Shown: one piece after another, positions 1 to 9,203 of the stretch
Numbering within the stretch: position 1 is the stretch's first letter
Layout: every line of letters starts with the position of its first letter
From: Nitrososphaerota archaeon
GTDB lineage: Archaea > Thermoproteota > Nitrososphaeria > Nitrososphaerales > UBA57
Assembly: GCA_013378385.1 (NCBI GenBank)
Contig: JACAFS010000008.1
Location: forward strand, 1-25,780
DNA: 25,780 nucleotides
Reading direction: 5' to 3'
Notes under the pieces: model-generated
The model's input: the letters and a program-made list of their open reading frames with translations, nothing else
What the model was told of the DNA's origin: nothing
Databases searched by the model: none
Made by a program: the position numbers and the translations under genes

Positions 1-137
1 CAGGTTCTGGTTCAACAACAGGTTCTGGTTCAACAACAGGTTCTGGTTCAACAACAGGTTCTGGTTCAACAACAGGTTCTGGTTCAACAACAGGTTCTGG
101 TTCAACAACAGGTTCTGGTTCAACAACAGGTTCTGGT
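1..137. repeat. Perfect 18-nt tandem repeat (unit caggttctggttcaacaa), 7 full copies plus 11 nt, truncated by the window edge
   Basis: Head-to-tail copies with no mismatch from nt 1 to nt 137. The period is a multiple of 3 and lies in frame inside the minus-strand CDS 1..316, giving one PEPVVE per unit. Confidence 0.95.
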
Positions 138-316
138 GATTTCATTTCTGTTTTACTAGTAAGAGTTGATTTTCTTGGCATTCTATGTTTTTGGAAACAG
201 TCTTTGCAATAAACTGGTCTATCTTCATCTGGCTTGAATGGTACTTCACATTCATTACCACAGTCTGAGCAGTTAGTTTTGTGCATTTCTCGTTTGTCTT
301 TCTGTTCTGATTCCAT
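1..316 (-). CDS. CxxC-x17-CxxC zinc-ribbon protein with C-terminal (PEPVVE)n repeat region; partial, 3' end outside the window
   Basis: Absent from the supplied track because it is open at the window edge. The reverse-strand ATG is at 316..314. Hand translation gives MESEQKDKREMHKTNCSDCGNECEVPFKPDEDRPVYCKDCFQKHRMPRKSTLTSKTEMKS, then PEPVVE repeats. CSDC, 17 residues, CKDC matches the CxxC-x17-CxxC domain pattern. Confidence 0.8.
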   Translation of the reverse strand, partial: MESEQKDKREMHKTNCSDCGNECEVPFKPDEDRPVYCKDCFQKHRMPRKSTLTSKTEMKSPEPVVEPEPVVEPEPVVEPEPVVEPEPVVEPEPVVEPEPVVEPEP

Positions 317-443
317 GTTCCTAACTAAAAGTTAGTAACCAAATCACATCTATAAACTTTTCCAATGATTTTCAAATTATGAGTAAAATACGATCAATAA
401 TCAAAGTTAATAATTGTAGTTTAGAATAGAATATGTAAAATAA

Positions 444-1112
444 TTGAAGAGTGGAATTGCATTTTTATCAGGAGGCAAAGACTCGGTACTATCCATGCAT
501 TTAGCGCATAATCAGGGAATTAAGATTACGGGAATAATGACAATGATACCGGAGGATCAAGAAAGTATGTTGTATCACACACACAATATTAATCTTGTTA
601 AAACAATAGCAAAAGTCACAGGTTTAAATTGGATTCCAGTTAGTGCATCAAAAGACAAAGAGATAGAAGCATTAACAGATGCTTTAAGTAAACAGGAATC
701 AGAATATTTAATCACTGGTGGAATAGAATCAAATTTTCAGAAAAGGAAGTTCGATAACGCATGTGAAGAAACAGGAATGGAACACTATGCGCCAATCTGG
801 GGAATTACACCTGAGAATTTATATCAAAAGATATTAGAAAATAAATTAGATGTGATAATAGTTTCAGTCGCAGCGCTTGGGTTAGGAGAAGAATGGTTAG
901 GAAGACATTTAGATAAAAAGAGTATAGAAGAATTACTTGGTCTTGCAAAGAAATATAGGTTTAATGCAGTTGGAGAAGGAGGAGATTTAGACACGTTGGT
1001 ACTTGATGGTCCGCTTTATTCAAATAAGCTTGAGCCTATAGAATCGAAAAGAATTTGGTATGGAGACAGAGGTAAATTAGAGATTCCAGAATTAAGAATT
1101 ATAGAGAAGTGA
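444..1112 (+). CDS. PP-loop ATP pyrophosphatase, diphthine-ammonia ligase (Dph6/MJ0570)-like
   Basis: N-terminal PP-loop AFLSGGKDS. The size (222 aa) and the GGIESNFQK and GEGGDLDTLVLDGP motifs are typical of the MJ0570 family. TTG start in the track; no nearby ATG. Confidence 0.75.
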   Translation: MKSGIAFLSGGKDSVLSMHLAHNQGIKITGIMTMIPEDQESMLYHTHNINLVKTIAKVTGLNWIPVSASKDKEIEALTDALSKQESEYLITGGIESNFQKRKFDNACEETGMEHYAPIWGITPENLYQKILENKLDVIIVSVAALGLGEEWLGRHLDKKSIEELLGLAKKYRFNAVGEGGDLDTLVLDGPLYSNKLEPIESKRIWYGDRGKLEIPELRIIEK

Positions 1113-1118
1113 TATAGA

Positions 1119-2441
1119 ATGTTAGATAATCTTAGAACTGGACTACAAGACGCAATAAAAAAATTTGTGGGTAATGATGAAATTGATGAACAAACAGTAA
1201 AGGAGTTTGTAAAAGACCTACAAAGGTCATTATTGCAAGCAGATGTAAATGTTAAACTTGTATTTGATTTAACAAAGAAAATCGAAACTCGAGCATTGAA
1301 CGAAAAGATTCCTACAGGAATACCAAAACGTGACCATATTGTAAAGATACTTTACGAAGAATTATCTACAACGCTAGGTTCAGAAAGAAAATTTGAACTG
1401 AATAAAGAGAAAGAGAATATAATTCTAGTATTAGGAATACAAGGAAGTGGAAAAACTACAACAATAGGTAAATTAGCACGATATTTAACAAAGAAAAATT
1501 ATTCAGTAGGTGTAATTGGGGCAGATACGTTCAGACCAGGTGCTTTAGCCCAGATTACTTCATTATGTGAACCATTTAATATTGAGATATTTGGACAAGA
1601 TAAAGAAAAAGATGCATTAAAAATTATTAATAATGGAATCGAACATTTCAAGAAAATCGGAAAAGAAGTAATAATTATTGATACAACTGGGCGTCATAAA
1701 GAAGAAAGTGGGTTAATGGAAGAGATGAAAGAACTAACTAACAAAATAAAACCTGATCATACTTTACTGGTAATTGATTCGACAATAGGGCAACAATCAG
1801 AAGCACAGTCAAAAGCATTTACTAAAGTAAGTACCATTGGAGGAATAATCATAACAAAACTTGATGGTGCAGCTAAAGGAGGAGGTGCCATTGCAGCCGT
1901 CGCAAATACTAACGCAAATATATTTTTCATAGGTAATGGGGAAAGAATTGATGACTTGGAAGAATTTGTTTCGACAAGATTTGTTGGAAGACTAATTGGA
2001 ATGGGAGATATTCAAACATTATTACAGAGATTAAAAGAAATTCAATCTGAAGATCAAGAAATTAAGATGCAAAGAATTATGTCAGGGAAAATGACAATTA
2101 ATGATTTGTATGAACAATTAGAACAAATTAATAAAATGGGTTCATTAAAAAAAGTAATGGAATTAATACCAGGTGCGGCACAAGTTCCAGAAAAGGATAT
2201 AGACAATATTGAAGAGAATATGGAAAAATGGAAGTTTATAATTCAATCAATGACAAAAGATGAAAAACAAGATCCTGATTTAATGAATTCGTCTAGAGTA
2301 AAAAGAATTGCAAAAGGTTCTGGACGATCAGAAAAAGAGATAAAAGAATTATTAAATAGATATAAACAATCCAAGCAGATGATGAAAGCTAGTAAAGGAA
2401 GAGGAATGCGACAATTGTTAAAGAAGTTAGGTGCTAATTAG
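1119..2441 (+). CDS. srp54: Signal recognition particle protein SRP54
   Basis: GTPase motifs GIQGSGKTTT, DTTGRH and TKLDG, followed by a Met-rich C-terminal M domain. Confidence 0.95.
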   Translation: MLDNLRTGLQDAIKKFVGNDEIDEQTVKEFVKDLQRSLLQADVNVKLVFDLTKKIETRALNEKIPTGIPKRDHIVKILYEELSTTLGSERKFELNKEKENIILVLGIQGSGKTTTIGKLARYLTKKNYSVGVIGADTFRPGALAQITSLCEPFNIEIFGQDKEKDALKIINNGIEHFKKIGKEVIIIDTTGRHKEESGLMEEMKELTNKIKPDHTLLVIDSTIGQQSEAQSKAFTKVSTIGGIIITKLDGAAKGGGAIAAVANTNANIFFIGNGERIDDLEEFVSTRFVGRLIGMGDIQTLLQRLKEIQSEDQEIKMQRIMSGKMTINDLYEQLEQINKMGSLKKVMELIPGAAQVPEKDIDNIEENMEKWKFIIQSMTKDEKQDPDLMNSSRVKRIAKGSGRSEKEIKELLNRYKQSKQMMKASKGRGMRQLLKKLGAN

Positions 2442-2479
2442 AGCTGGATCGCACCAGAATAAAAATAGCAAAAAGAGTT

Positions 2480-3628
2480 TTGTATAGATATAAATTATGT
2501 GACAGTTGTCTAGGTAGGCAATTTCCAAACAATGACATAAATAGAATATATGGAAAACAGATTCGTCAGGCTATAGAAAAGAATCAAATCAAGAAAGAAT
2601 GTTTCATTTGTGAAGGAATGATGTCAAATTTGAATAAAATGGCAAAACGGATACTAAATGAGATTGAAAGATTTGAGTATTCGAGTTTTATGGTAGGAAC
2701 GATTCTGGATTCCGATATAATTGAAAGAGAAGATGTAATTAGATCAGAGTTTAAAGTAAAAGGTGGAGAACCAATAAAAAGTGAAATAACAAAAGAATTA
2801 TCAAGATTAATAAAAAGAACTAATGGTAGAACAGTTAGTCTGAAGAGACCTGAATTGAATATTCTAGTAAATACATTATTGGATGAAATTGAAGTGTCTT
2901 CAAGATCTATATTTGTAATGGGTAGATATGTTAAGAATAAAAGAGGAATAAATCAGAAAAAACAAAGATGTAAACAATGCAAGAGGGAAGGATGTAAGAA
3001 ATGTAGATTTTCAGGATTTATGAGAGTGCCTTCAGTAGAAAATGAGATACATAAATTTCTAATAAAGAAATTTAATGCAAATGAAGTAAAGATATCATGG
3101 ATAGGAAGTGAGGATAAGAACAGTCTAGTGAAGTATAATGGAAGGCCATTTTTTGCAGAAGTCTCTTCGCCAATAAAGCGTAAAGCATTATTTAGAGAAA
3201 AGAAGATGAATCATGGAATAATAATAAAATCTGCAGAGATATTACGAAAGAGGCCAATTATTGATCAAGGTTTTATTATGAAAGCAATAGTGAATTTCGA
3301 GTCTAATTTAAAAGATGCAAAAAGATTGGAAAAAATAGAGAATTATTTTAGTGAAAGAGATATTTCAATTTATTCGATGAATAAAAACAAGTATTTTACA
3401 AGAAGAGTTAGGTCAATAAAACTAAAGAAAGTATCTGGAAAACGATTTACAGTTGAATTAATTTGTGAGGGAGGTATAAATATCAAGAAATTAGTATCTG
3501 GTGAAAATGAACAAGTAGAGCCAAATTTTAGGAAAGTGATGAGAATAAAATGCTCAGTTGATAAAATAGCGCCTTTTGACATACATTATGTCAAGGTTCA
3601 AGAATCAGAGAAAACGTTAAAAACCTAG
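2480..3628 (+). CDS. pus10: tRNA pseudouridine(54/55) synthase Pus10
   Basis: N-terminal CDSCLGRQF...CFICEG zinc module, a THUMP-like middle region, and the GSED...NGRPFFAEV catalytic-region motif typical of archaeal Pus10. TTG start. Confidence 0.75.
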   Translation: MYRYKLCDSCLGRQFPNNDINRIYGKQIRQAIEKNQIKKECFICEGMMSNLNKMAKRILNEIERFEYSSFMVGTILDSDIIEREDVIRSEFKVKGGEPIKSEITKELSRLIKRTNGRTVSLKRPELNILVNTLLDEIEVSSRSIFVMGRYVKNKRGINQKKQRCKQCKREGCKKCRFSGFMRVPSVENEIHKFLIKKFNANEVKISWIGSEDKNSLVKYNGRPFFAEVSSPIKRKALFREKKMNHGIIIKSAEILRKRPIIDQGFIMKAIVNFESNLKDAKRLEKIENYFSERDISIYSMNKNKYFTRRVRSIKLKKVSGKRFTVELICEGGINIKKLVSGENEQVEPNFRKVMRIKCSVDKIAPFDIHYVKVQESEKTLKT

Positions 3629-3643
3629 TTTTACCAACAAAAA

Positions 3644-3649
3644 GGTGAT
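3644..3649 (+). promoter_or_regulatory. Shine-Dalgarno-like GGTGAT upstream of the thermosome ATG
   Basis: GGTGAT lies 5 nt before the ATG at 3655 and is complementary to the conserved archaeal 16S rRNA 3' end (GAUCACC). Confidence 0.45.
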
Positions 3650-3654
3650 TATTA

Positions 3655-5274
3655 ATGTCGAATAATAACAGTCAACCTGTCTTTATTTTGAAAGAAGGTT
3701 CAAGCGAAACAAAGGGAAGAGAAGCACAAAAGAACAACATATTTGCTGCAACACTTGTTGCACAATTAGTAAGAACCTCACTAGGTCCAAGAGGAATGGA
3801 TAAGATGTTGGTAGATGGTTTAGGAGATGTAACTATAACAAATGATGGAGCTACAATTTTGAAAGAAATAGATATGCAACATCCTGCAGGAAAAATGATG
3901 GTGGAAGTCGCAAGAACTACAGATAATGAAGTTGGCGATGGAACTACAACGTCAGTTGTATTTTCAGGAGCACTATTAGAGAAAGCACAAGAACTAATTG
4001 ATAAAGAAGTACATCCAACAATGGTAATTGATGGATATGCAAGAGCAGCTGAACAAGCACTTGAGATTTTAAAGAAGATTGCAATCAAAGTGGACAAAGA
4101 TGATAAAGATATGTTAGTAAAAATTGCAGCTACAAGTATGATGAGTAAACTAGTTGCAGAAGAATCAAAAGAATTATCAAAAATTGTTGTAGATGCATTA
4201 TTATTGGTTGCAGATAATACTAGTGGAGAAACAAAAATAGATTTAGCGAATGTTAAAATCGATAAGAAACCAGGAGCTTCAATGAGCGAAACTTCATTAA
4301 TTAAAGGTATTGTGCTCGATAAAGAAGTAGTCCACTCTAGTATGCCTAAGTCAATCAGCAAAGCAAAAATTGCAATTGTCAACGCTGCATTAGAAATTGA
4401 AAAAACAGAAATCAGTGCAGAAATTAGAATTAATGACCCATTGCAAATGAAACAATTCTTAGATGAAGAGAATAGAATGTTAAAACAATACGTTGATCAA
4501 ATAGTTGCATCTGGTGCAAATATTGTAATATGCCAAAAAGGAATAGATGATATTGCTCAACATTACTTGGCACAAGAAGGAATCATGGCAGTTAGAAGAG
4601 TAAAGGAAAGTGATATGATAAAATTAGCTAAGGCAACAGGAGCTAGAATAATTTCAAATTTGAAGGATTTGTCAAAGGATGACTTGGGCGCTGCAGCAAT
4701 AGTAGAAGAAAGAAAAATTGAGACTGATAAATGGGTATTCATTGAAGGATGTAAGAATCCAAAGGCAGTATCAATATTAATACGAGGAGGTTCTCCAAGA
4801 GTTCTTGATGAAGCAGAAAGATCTTTGCATGATTCATTAATGGTAGTAAAGGATGTTTTAGAATATCCGTATATTGTAGCAGGTGGAGGCGCTCCTGAAG
4901 CCAATGTTGCGTTTAAAATACGACAATGGGCAAGTAATTTAACAGGAAGAGAGCAATTAGCCGCACAGAAATTCGCAGACGCTATAGAATCACTACCAAT
5001 TACATTAGCAGAGAATGCAGGAATGGATGCAATAGACACACAAGTAAACTTAAGAGCAGGACAAGTTGAAGGAAAGAAATGGTATGGTGTTGATGCATTA
5101 AGAGGAGGATTAGCAGATATGTCGAAAAGAAATGTCTATGAACCGTTAAAAGTCAAAGAACAAGTAATCAAAGCAGCAATTGAAGTAACAAACATGATAT
5201 TAAGAATTGATGATACAATATCATCTGCTAAAGGTGGAGGCGCAGGCGGCCCACCTGGCGGAATGGATTATTAA
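3655..5274 (+). CDS. ths: Thermosome subunit (group II chaperonin)
   Basis: GPRGMDKML, NDGATIL, VGDGTTT and VAGGGAPE motifs, with a Gly-rich C-terminal tail GGGAGGPPGGMDY. Confidence 0.97.
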   Translation: MSNNNSQPVFILKEGSSETKGREAQKNNIFAATLVAQLVRTSLGPRGMDKMLVDGLGDVTITNDGATILKEIDMQHPAGKMMVEVARTTDNEVGDGTTTSVVFSGALLEKAQELIDKEVHPTMVIDGYARAAEQALEILKKIAIKVDKDDKDMLVKIAATSMMSKLVAEESKELSKIVVDALLLVADNTSGETKIDLANVKIDKKPGASMSETSLIKGIVLDKEVVHSSMPKSISKAKIAIVNAALEIEKTEISAEIRINDPLQMKQFLDEENRMLKQYVDQIVASGANIVICQKGIDDIAQHYLAQEGIMAVRRVKESDMIKLAKATGARIISNLKDLSKDDLGAAAIVEERKIETDKWVFIEGCKNPKAVSILIRGGSPRVLDEAERSLHDSLMVVKDVLEYPYIVAGGGAPEANVAFKIRQWASNLTGREQLAAQKFADAIESLPITLAENAGMDAIDTQVNLRAGQVEGKKWYGVDALRGGLADMSKRNVYEPLKVKEQVIKAAIEVTNMILRIDDTISSAKGGGAGGPPGGMDY

Positions 5275-5280
5275 AACAAA

Positions 5281-6747
5281 TTATAAATTTCTTAAGAAAT
5301 CTATACTTAAAAGAACTCCAACTCCAGTAGCTCCTTTCTTAATATAAGATTTTTTAGGAGTACCATCTTGAGTCCAAGCTGTACCAGCAATATCTAAATG
5401 AGCCCACGGATAATCATCAACAAAGTGACTGAGAAATGCAGCGGCAGTTATTGTACCAGCTCCTCTACCTCCAATATTTTTAATATCAGCAATATCACTT
5501 TTTATAAGTTTTTTATATTCATTAGTTAAAGGAAGTTCCCAAACTTTTTCACCAGTACGTTCACCAGATTCAAATAATGAATTAATAATTTTTTTATCAT
5601 TACCAAGAAGACCGCTTACAGCAGTACCTAATGCTACTATACAAGCACCAGTCAATGTTGCAAAATCAATAATCATTCGTGGTTTATAGTTTTGAGCGTA
5701 AGATAAAGCATCTGCAAGAATTACACGACCTTCTGCATCTGTATTTAGAATTTCTGCAGTCTTTTTATTATAAAATGTGATAACATCACCAGGTTTGTAG
5801 GCAGAACCACTAGGCATATTTTCTGTAGCAGGCATCAAACCAACAACATTAACGGGAAGTTTAAGATCTGCAACGGCTTGCATTATAGCCATAACAGTAG
5901 CACCACCGGATTTATCATGTTTCATTTCGTCCATAGAAGCTGATGGCTTTATAGAAATTCCTCCAGTATCAAAAGTAATTGTTTTACCAACAAATACAAT
6001 TGGTTTTTCACCTCGTTTGCCTCCATTATATTCCATTATTATGAAACAAGGGGGTTGTTGAGAACCGCTAGCTACACCTAAAAGACCACCAAAACCTAGT
6101 TTTTTGAGTTTATCAGTATTAAAAATTGTAGTTTTGAGTGGTCTATTTGATGAGATTTTTTTAGCGCGAGAAGCAAGTTGTAGAGGAGTACAATCTCTAC
6201 TAGGAAGATTAGAGATATCACGAGAAAGCATTATTGCATCAGCAATGATTTCACCATTTCTAATACTCTTTGTAAGAGAAGTTTTAATTTTATTTTTTAT
6301 AATTATATTCATGGTCAAAGGGCGAAAGTCTTTCTTGTTACTTTTATAAACATTAAAATTATAAAGTCCTAATTCAGATCCTTGGACAACTGCTTCGATA
6401 TAGTCATTGGTCATATCAGAAACATCATGATTAAATGAAAATGATTTAGTTTTTAGATTTTTTGCAGTAATTGAGGCTTTTGCAGCGGCGTCGCGTAATT
6501 TATCATTTGATATACATTTTTTATTTCCTAATCCGATTAGGAGAACATTTGTTTGAGGAGTCCTGAGTAATATTGATTCATTAGATTTTCCTGTAAATTC
6601 TTTATTTTTTATAATGCTTGAGATAAGATTACCTATTTGTTTATCTATTTTACGAGTATTAGGACTTAATGATAGATCGTCATAAATAGTTGTAGAGATA
6701 AATGAACCAATTTCAAAGGCGGTAAATTTTTTCTTCATGTTATTCAT
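5281..6747 (-). CDS. pepA: Leucyl aminopeptidase (peptidase M17)
   Basis: M17 signature NTDAEGRVILADAL, plus VGKTITFDTGG and MKHDKSGGA metal-site regions. Confidence 0.93.
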   Translation of the reverse strand: MNNMKKKFTAFEIGSFISTTIYDDLSLSPNTRKIDKQIGNLISSIIKNKEFTGKSNESILLRTPQTNVLLIGLGNKKCISNDKLRDAAAKASITAKNLKTKSFSFNHDVSDMTNDYIEAVVQGSELGLYNFNVYKSNKKDFRPLTMNIIIKNKIKTSLTKSIRNGEIIADAIMLSRDISNLPSRDCTPLQLASRAKKISSNRPLKTTIFNTDKLKKLGFGGLLGVASGSQQPPCFIIMEYNGGKRGEKPIVFVGKTITFDTGGISIKPSASMDEMKHDKSGGATVMAIMQAVADLKLPVNVVGLMPATENMPSGSAYKPGDVITFYNKKTAEILNTDAEGRVILADALSYAQNYKPRMIIDFATLTGACIVALGTAVSGLLGNDKKIINSLFESGERTGEKVWELPLTNEYKKLIKSDIADIKNIGGRGAGTITAAAFLSHFVDDYPWAHLDIAGTAWTQDGTPKKSYIKKGATGVGVLLSIDFLRNL

Positions 6748-7535
6748 ATTATATTAGATGCAACAAATATAAATGATATACAAAAAATAAAAGAAGAAAT
6801 CCAGATATATTTATTCCAATTATATACTTTCTTTCCATCGATTATACTAAATGGTAATAAATTGAACGCTGCAAGAATTCCATTTATATATGCAGCAGTA
6901 GAGATTATTGCAAACAACTCTGCGGTGAGAGAAAAATATGTTAGAATAAATATTGAACATAAACCAAGAATTATATTACTTGCAGGACCTGCTAAAGCAA
7001 TTTTTCCCAGTGTTGAATTAGAAGGGTATCCAGATATTACAACTGCCCCAGGGGCAATAATCTTCAATGGAATAAACGGGAATATACTCAAAGATGTTAA
7101 AAGTACGCCCATTGAATTGACGCGAAATTCTGCTCTATATCCATTCCTCATTGCAAGGAATTTGTGAGACATCTCATGAATTAAAAATGAACCCATCAGT
7201 ACTAGGCCAAGAATTACAATTGTAATTGCAGAATATGAAGAATTATTACTCAAAAAAAATGAGACTCCCACTAAGAGTACCAAAACCATACCAAGTAGTA
7301 ATTGACGTAATTCGGTATTCAGAATGCGATTCATTCTAGAATCTAGATTATTGAGATTATTAATAGAGAACTGAGAATTTGTATTTTGGTATAAACTGTC
7401 TCGAGGTTTATGAACACGGTATAATTGACTACATTGGTGTTTTTCTGGTAAACGATGTGAAGAACAAAAAATGAGCTCGCAATAAGAGCAAGTAAATGGT
7501 AAATCTTCTGATACGTTGCAGAACGAACAATCCAT
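6744..7535 (-). CDS. AN1-type zinc finger fused to a membrane-embedded M50 (site-2 protease-like) metalloprotease
   Basis: The N-terminus CSFC-x9-CSYC-x4-C-x2-H-x5-H-x-C matches AN1 spacing. It is followed by several hydrophobic segments carrying HEMSH (HExxH) and the NLLPFSIIDG (NxxPxxxxDG) M50 motif. The stop overlaps the pepA start by 4 nt. Confidence 0.75.
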   Translation of the reverse strand: MDCSFCNVSEDLPFTCSYCELIFCSSHRLPEKHQCSQLYRVHKPRDSLYQNTNSQFSINNLNNLDSRMNRILNTELRQLLLGMVLVLLVGVSFFLSNNSSYSAITIVILGLVLMGSFLIHEMSHKFLAMRNGYRAEFRVNSMGVLLTSLSIFPFIPLKIIAPGAVVISGYPSNSTLGKIALAGPASNIILGLCSIFILTYFSLTAELFAIISTAAYINGILAAFNLLPFSIIDGKKVYNWNKYIWISSFIFCISFIFVASNII

Positions 7536-7584
7536 TATTGATTATTTAAAGACGTGAATAATAAATGTATAAAAAAAATATAGA

Positions 7585-9144
7585 CTAAAGGAATTTATCT
7601 AATCCTTTTTTTTCAGCGGGTTTTTTATAATTTTTATTCATACGTTTTATAGTTCTTTGAGATTTAGACAATCTTTGTTGGCTGATATAATAATTGGTTT
7701 CGTCTCGTGTGCCTTTAGTAATAAAAGATACGACTTTTCCTGGTGAACGACGGCCAGTTCTTCCTAGTCGTTGTGTAAATCTTATAGCGCTGGAAACATT
7801 ATCATAAAAAACAACAAGTTTACATTCTGAAACGTCGAGACCCTCTTCTCCAACCTGAGTTGCTACGATAATATCAAGTTCTCCGGATTTGAGTTTTGCA
7901 AGTGCTTCTAATTGTTGTTTCTGTGATTGGCCAGTCTGTCCACTTTTTCCAATTAATGTGCCAACATGATATCCTTTGCCATGAAGTACTTCAAAGATTT
8001 TATCAACCGTATCTCGATAACTAGCAAATATTATAGCCTTATCTGTACCTTTGAGGTTTGCTTCCATAATGCTTTCTAATTTAGCAAGTTTTGGATGGTC
8101 TTCCCCAAGAGATTGAAGGCGATCAGTAAGAATAATTGCTTGGCTAAAATCTGGATGTTCAAGTAATTTTTTAACACCACTAGATTTTTGTTTTGACTTA
8201 AGGCGAGAGACATATTTTGAGAAACTATCTACGCCTTGAGTTTCAATTATATTAATTCCATGTAATAATCTAACCAAAGAATATAGATTACTTCGAATAT
8301 CCCAACGTTTTGATAGATATGGATCTTTTTCAATATGATGGCTTTTTGCAAGAACAGCTTTTAATGAAGGATCTCTGGGCAACAATTGACCATTATTACG
8401 AAGTTTCAATGAGTAAGAAGATATAGTTTTTTTGATCAAATTGCTGATTGTTTTAATATCGTCAGTTAATTCAATCTCAATTTTTTCAATTTTTGTATCA
8501 TGAACATAAGGTTTTACGTCTTCACTTTCACGATCGCGAGATTCGATATGAATAGCATGTATATTGTTCATGATTTCTTCGATTTTTGATGATTCGCTAG
8601 GAAGAGATGCAGTCATTCCATGCATTATAATTTCACTGTTTTTTGAATATAGTGATCGTGCAACGGGTACATATGCATATTCTCCAACAGCTCGGTGTAC
8701 CTCATCAAAAATAACAATGGAAAATTGTTCTAAATCTATTATTCCACGATTAATATCGAGTTGTAATATTTGAGGTGTAGCGCAGACGATTTGATTCTGC
8801 CATTTAGTTTGCCTTTTTTTAATTGTGTCTTCTCCCGTTATTACACTGATTTCAGTTCCGCTAAGATTGAGTGAATTCAACAAGAATTCATAATGTTGGT
8901 GAACAAGTACACGAGTTGGTGCTAAGATCATACAGGTTTTTGTGGGATTATTAATCATGGACTCGGCCATAGATAATAACGCAATTACAGTTTTTCCTAG
9001 ACCAGTAGGTAATACAACAATAGAGTTCTGAGATTTAATAGAATCTGCTATGTTGACTTGGTATTCCCGTTTATCAATAGTATTTGATTTAACATATTGT
9101 TTTTCGATAAATTGGGATGGCACAGAATATATTATGTAATACAA
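7585..9144 (-). CDS. hef: Hef/ERCC4-related SF2 helicase (helicase domains only, no nuclease domain)
   Basis: REYQ, Walker A VLPTGLGKT, motif II FDEVH, and motif VI QRLGRTGR. At 519 aa there is no room for an ERCC4 nuclease domain. The start is uncertain: TTG at 9144 or in-frame GTG at 9123. Confidence 0.8.
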   Translation of the reverse strand: MYYIIYSVPSQFIEKQYVKSNTIDKREYQVNIADSIKSQNSIVVLPTGLGKTVIALLSMAESMINNPTKTCMILAPTRVLVHQHYEFLLNSLNLSGTEISVITGEDTIKKRQTKWQNQIVCATPQILQLDINRGIIDLEQFSIVIFDEVHRAVGEYAYVPVARSLYSKNSEIIMHGMTASLPSESSKIEEIMNNIHAIHIESRDRESEDVKPYVHDTKIEKIEIELTDDIKTISNLIKKTISSYSLKLRNNGQLLPRDPSLKAVLAKSHHIEKDPYLSKRWDIRSNLYSLVRLLHGINIIETQGVDSFSKYVSRLKSKQKSSGVKKLLEHPDFSQAIILTDRLQSLGEDHPKLAKLESIMEANLKGTDKAIIFASYRDTVDKIFEVLHGKGYHVGTLIGKSGQTGQSQKQQLEALAKLKSGELDIIVATQVGEEGLDVSECKLVVFYDNVSSAIRFTQRLGRTGRRSPGKVVSFITKGTRDETNYYISQQRLSKSQRTIKRMNKNYKKPAEKKGLDKFL

Positions 9145-9158
9145 AGATAAAAATTTAG

Positions 9159-9179
9159 ACTATCAAAAAATTTGATAGT
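9159..9179. promoter_or_regulatory. Perfect 9-bp inverted repeat (ACTATCAAA-AAA-TTTGATAGT) in the divergent hef/tmk intergenic region
   Basis: The arms are exact reverse complements separated by 3 nt. The repeat sits between the two divergent start codons, next to the TATA-like TTATATAAA at 9184..9192. Confidence 0.4.
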
Positions 9180-9203
9180 TACCTTATATAAATCAACAAC
9201 ATA

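Noticed and set aside
1-137. Possible CRISPR array or non-coding satellite, suggested by the regular short repeats at the window edge
   Set aside because: The units are directly abutting with no spacers and are only 18 nt long. They lie in frame within a minus-strand CDS that has a clear start and a zinc-ribbon domain, so this is a coding tandem repeat.
3672-5039. Long antisense ORFs inside the thermosome gene (3672..4382 and 4563..5039, minus strand)
   Set aside because: Both translate to low-complexity Ser/Ala/Ile-rich sequence and are fully nested opposite a very confidently identified gene, so they are shadow ORFs. The same reasoning applies to the other short nested track ORFs (3370..3582, 6104..6349, 6862..7167, 8564..8773, 9283..9718, 12607..13041, 13864..14154, 15393..15581, 16958..17206, 17733..18140, 17747..17956, 18438..18767, 21833..22021, 23314..23520, 23983..24268).
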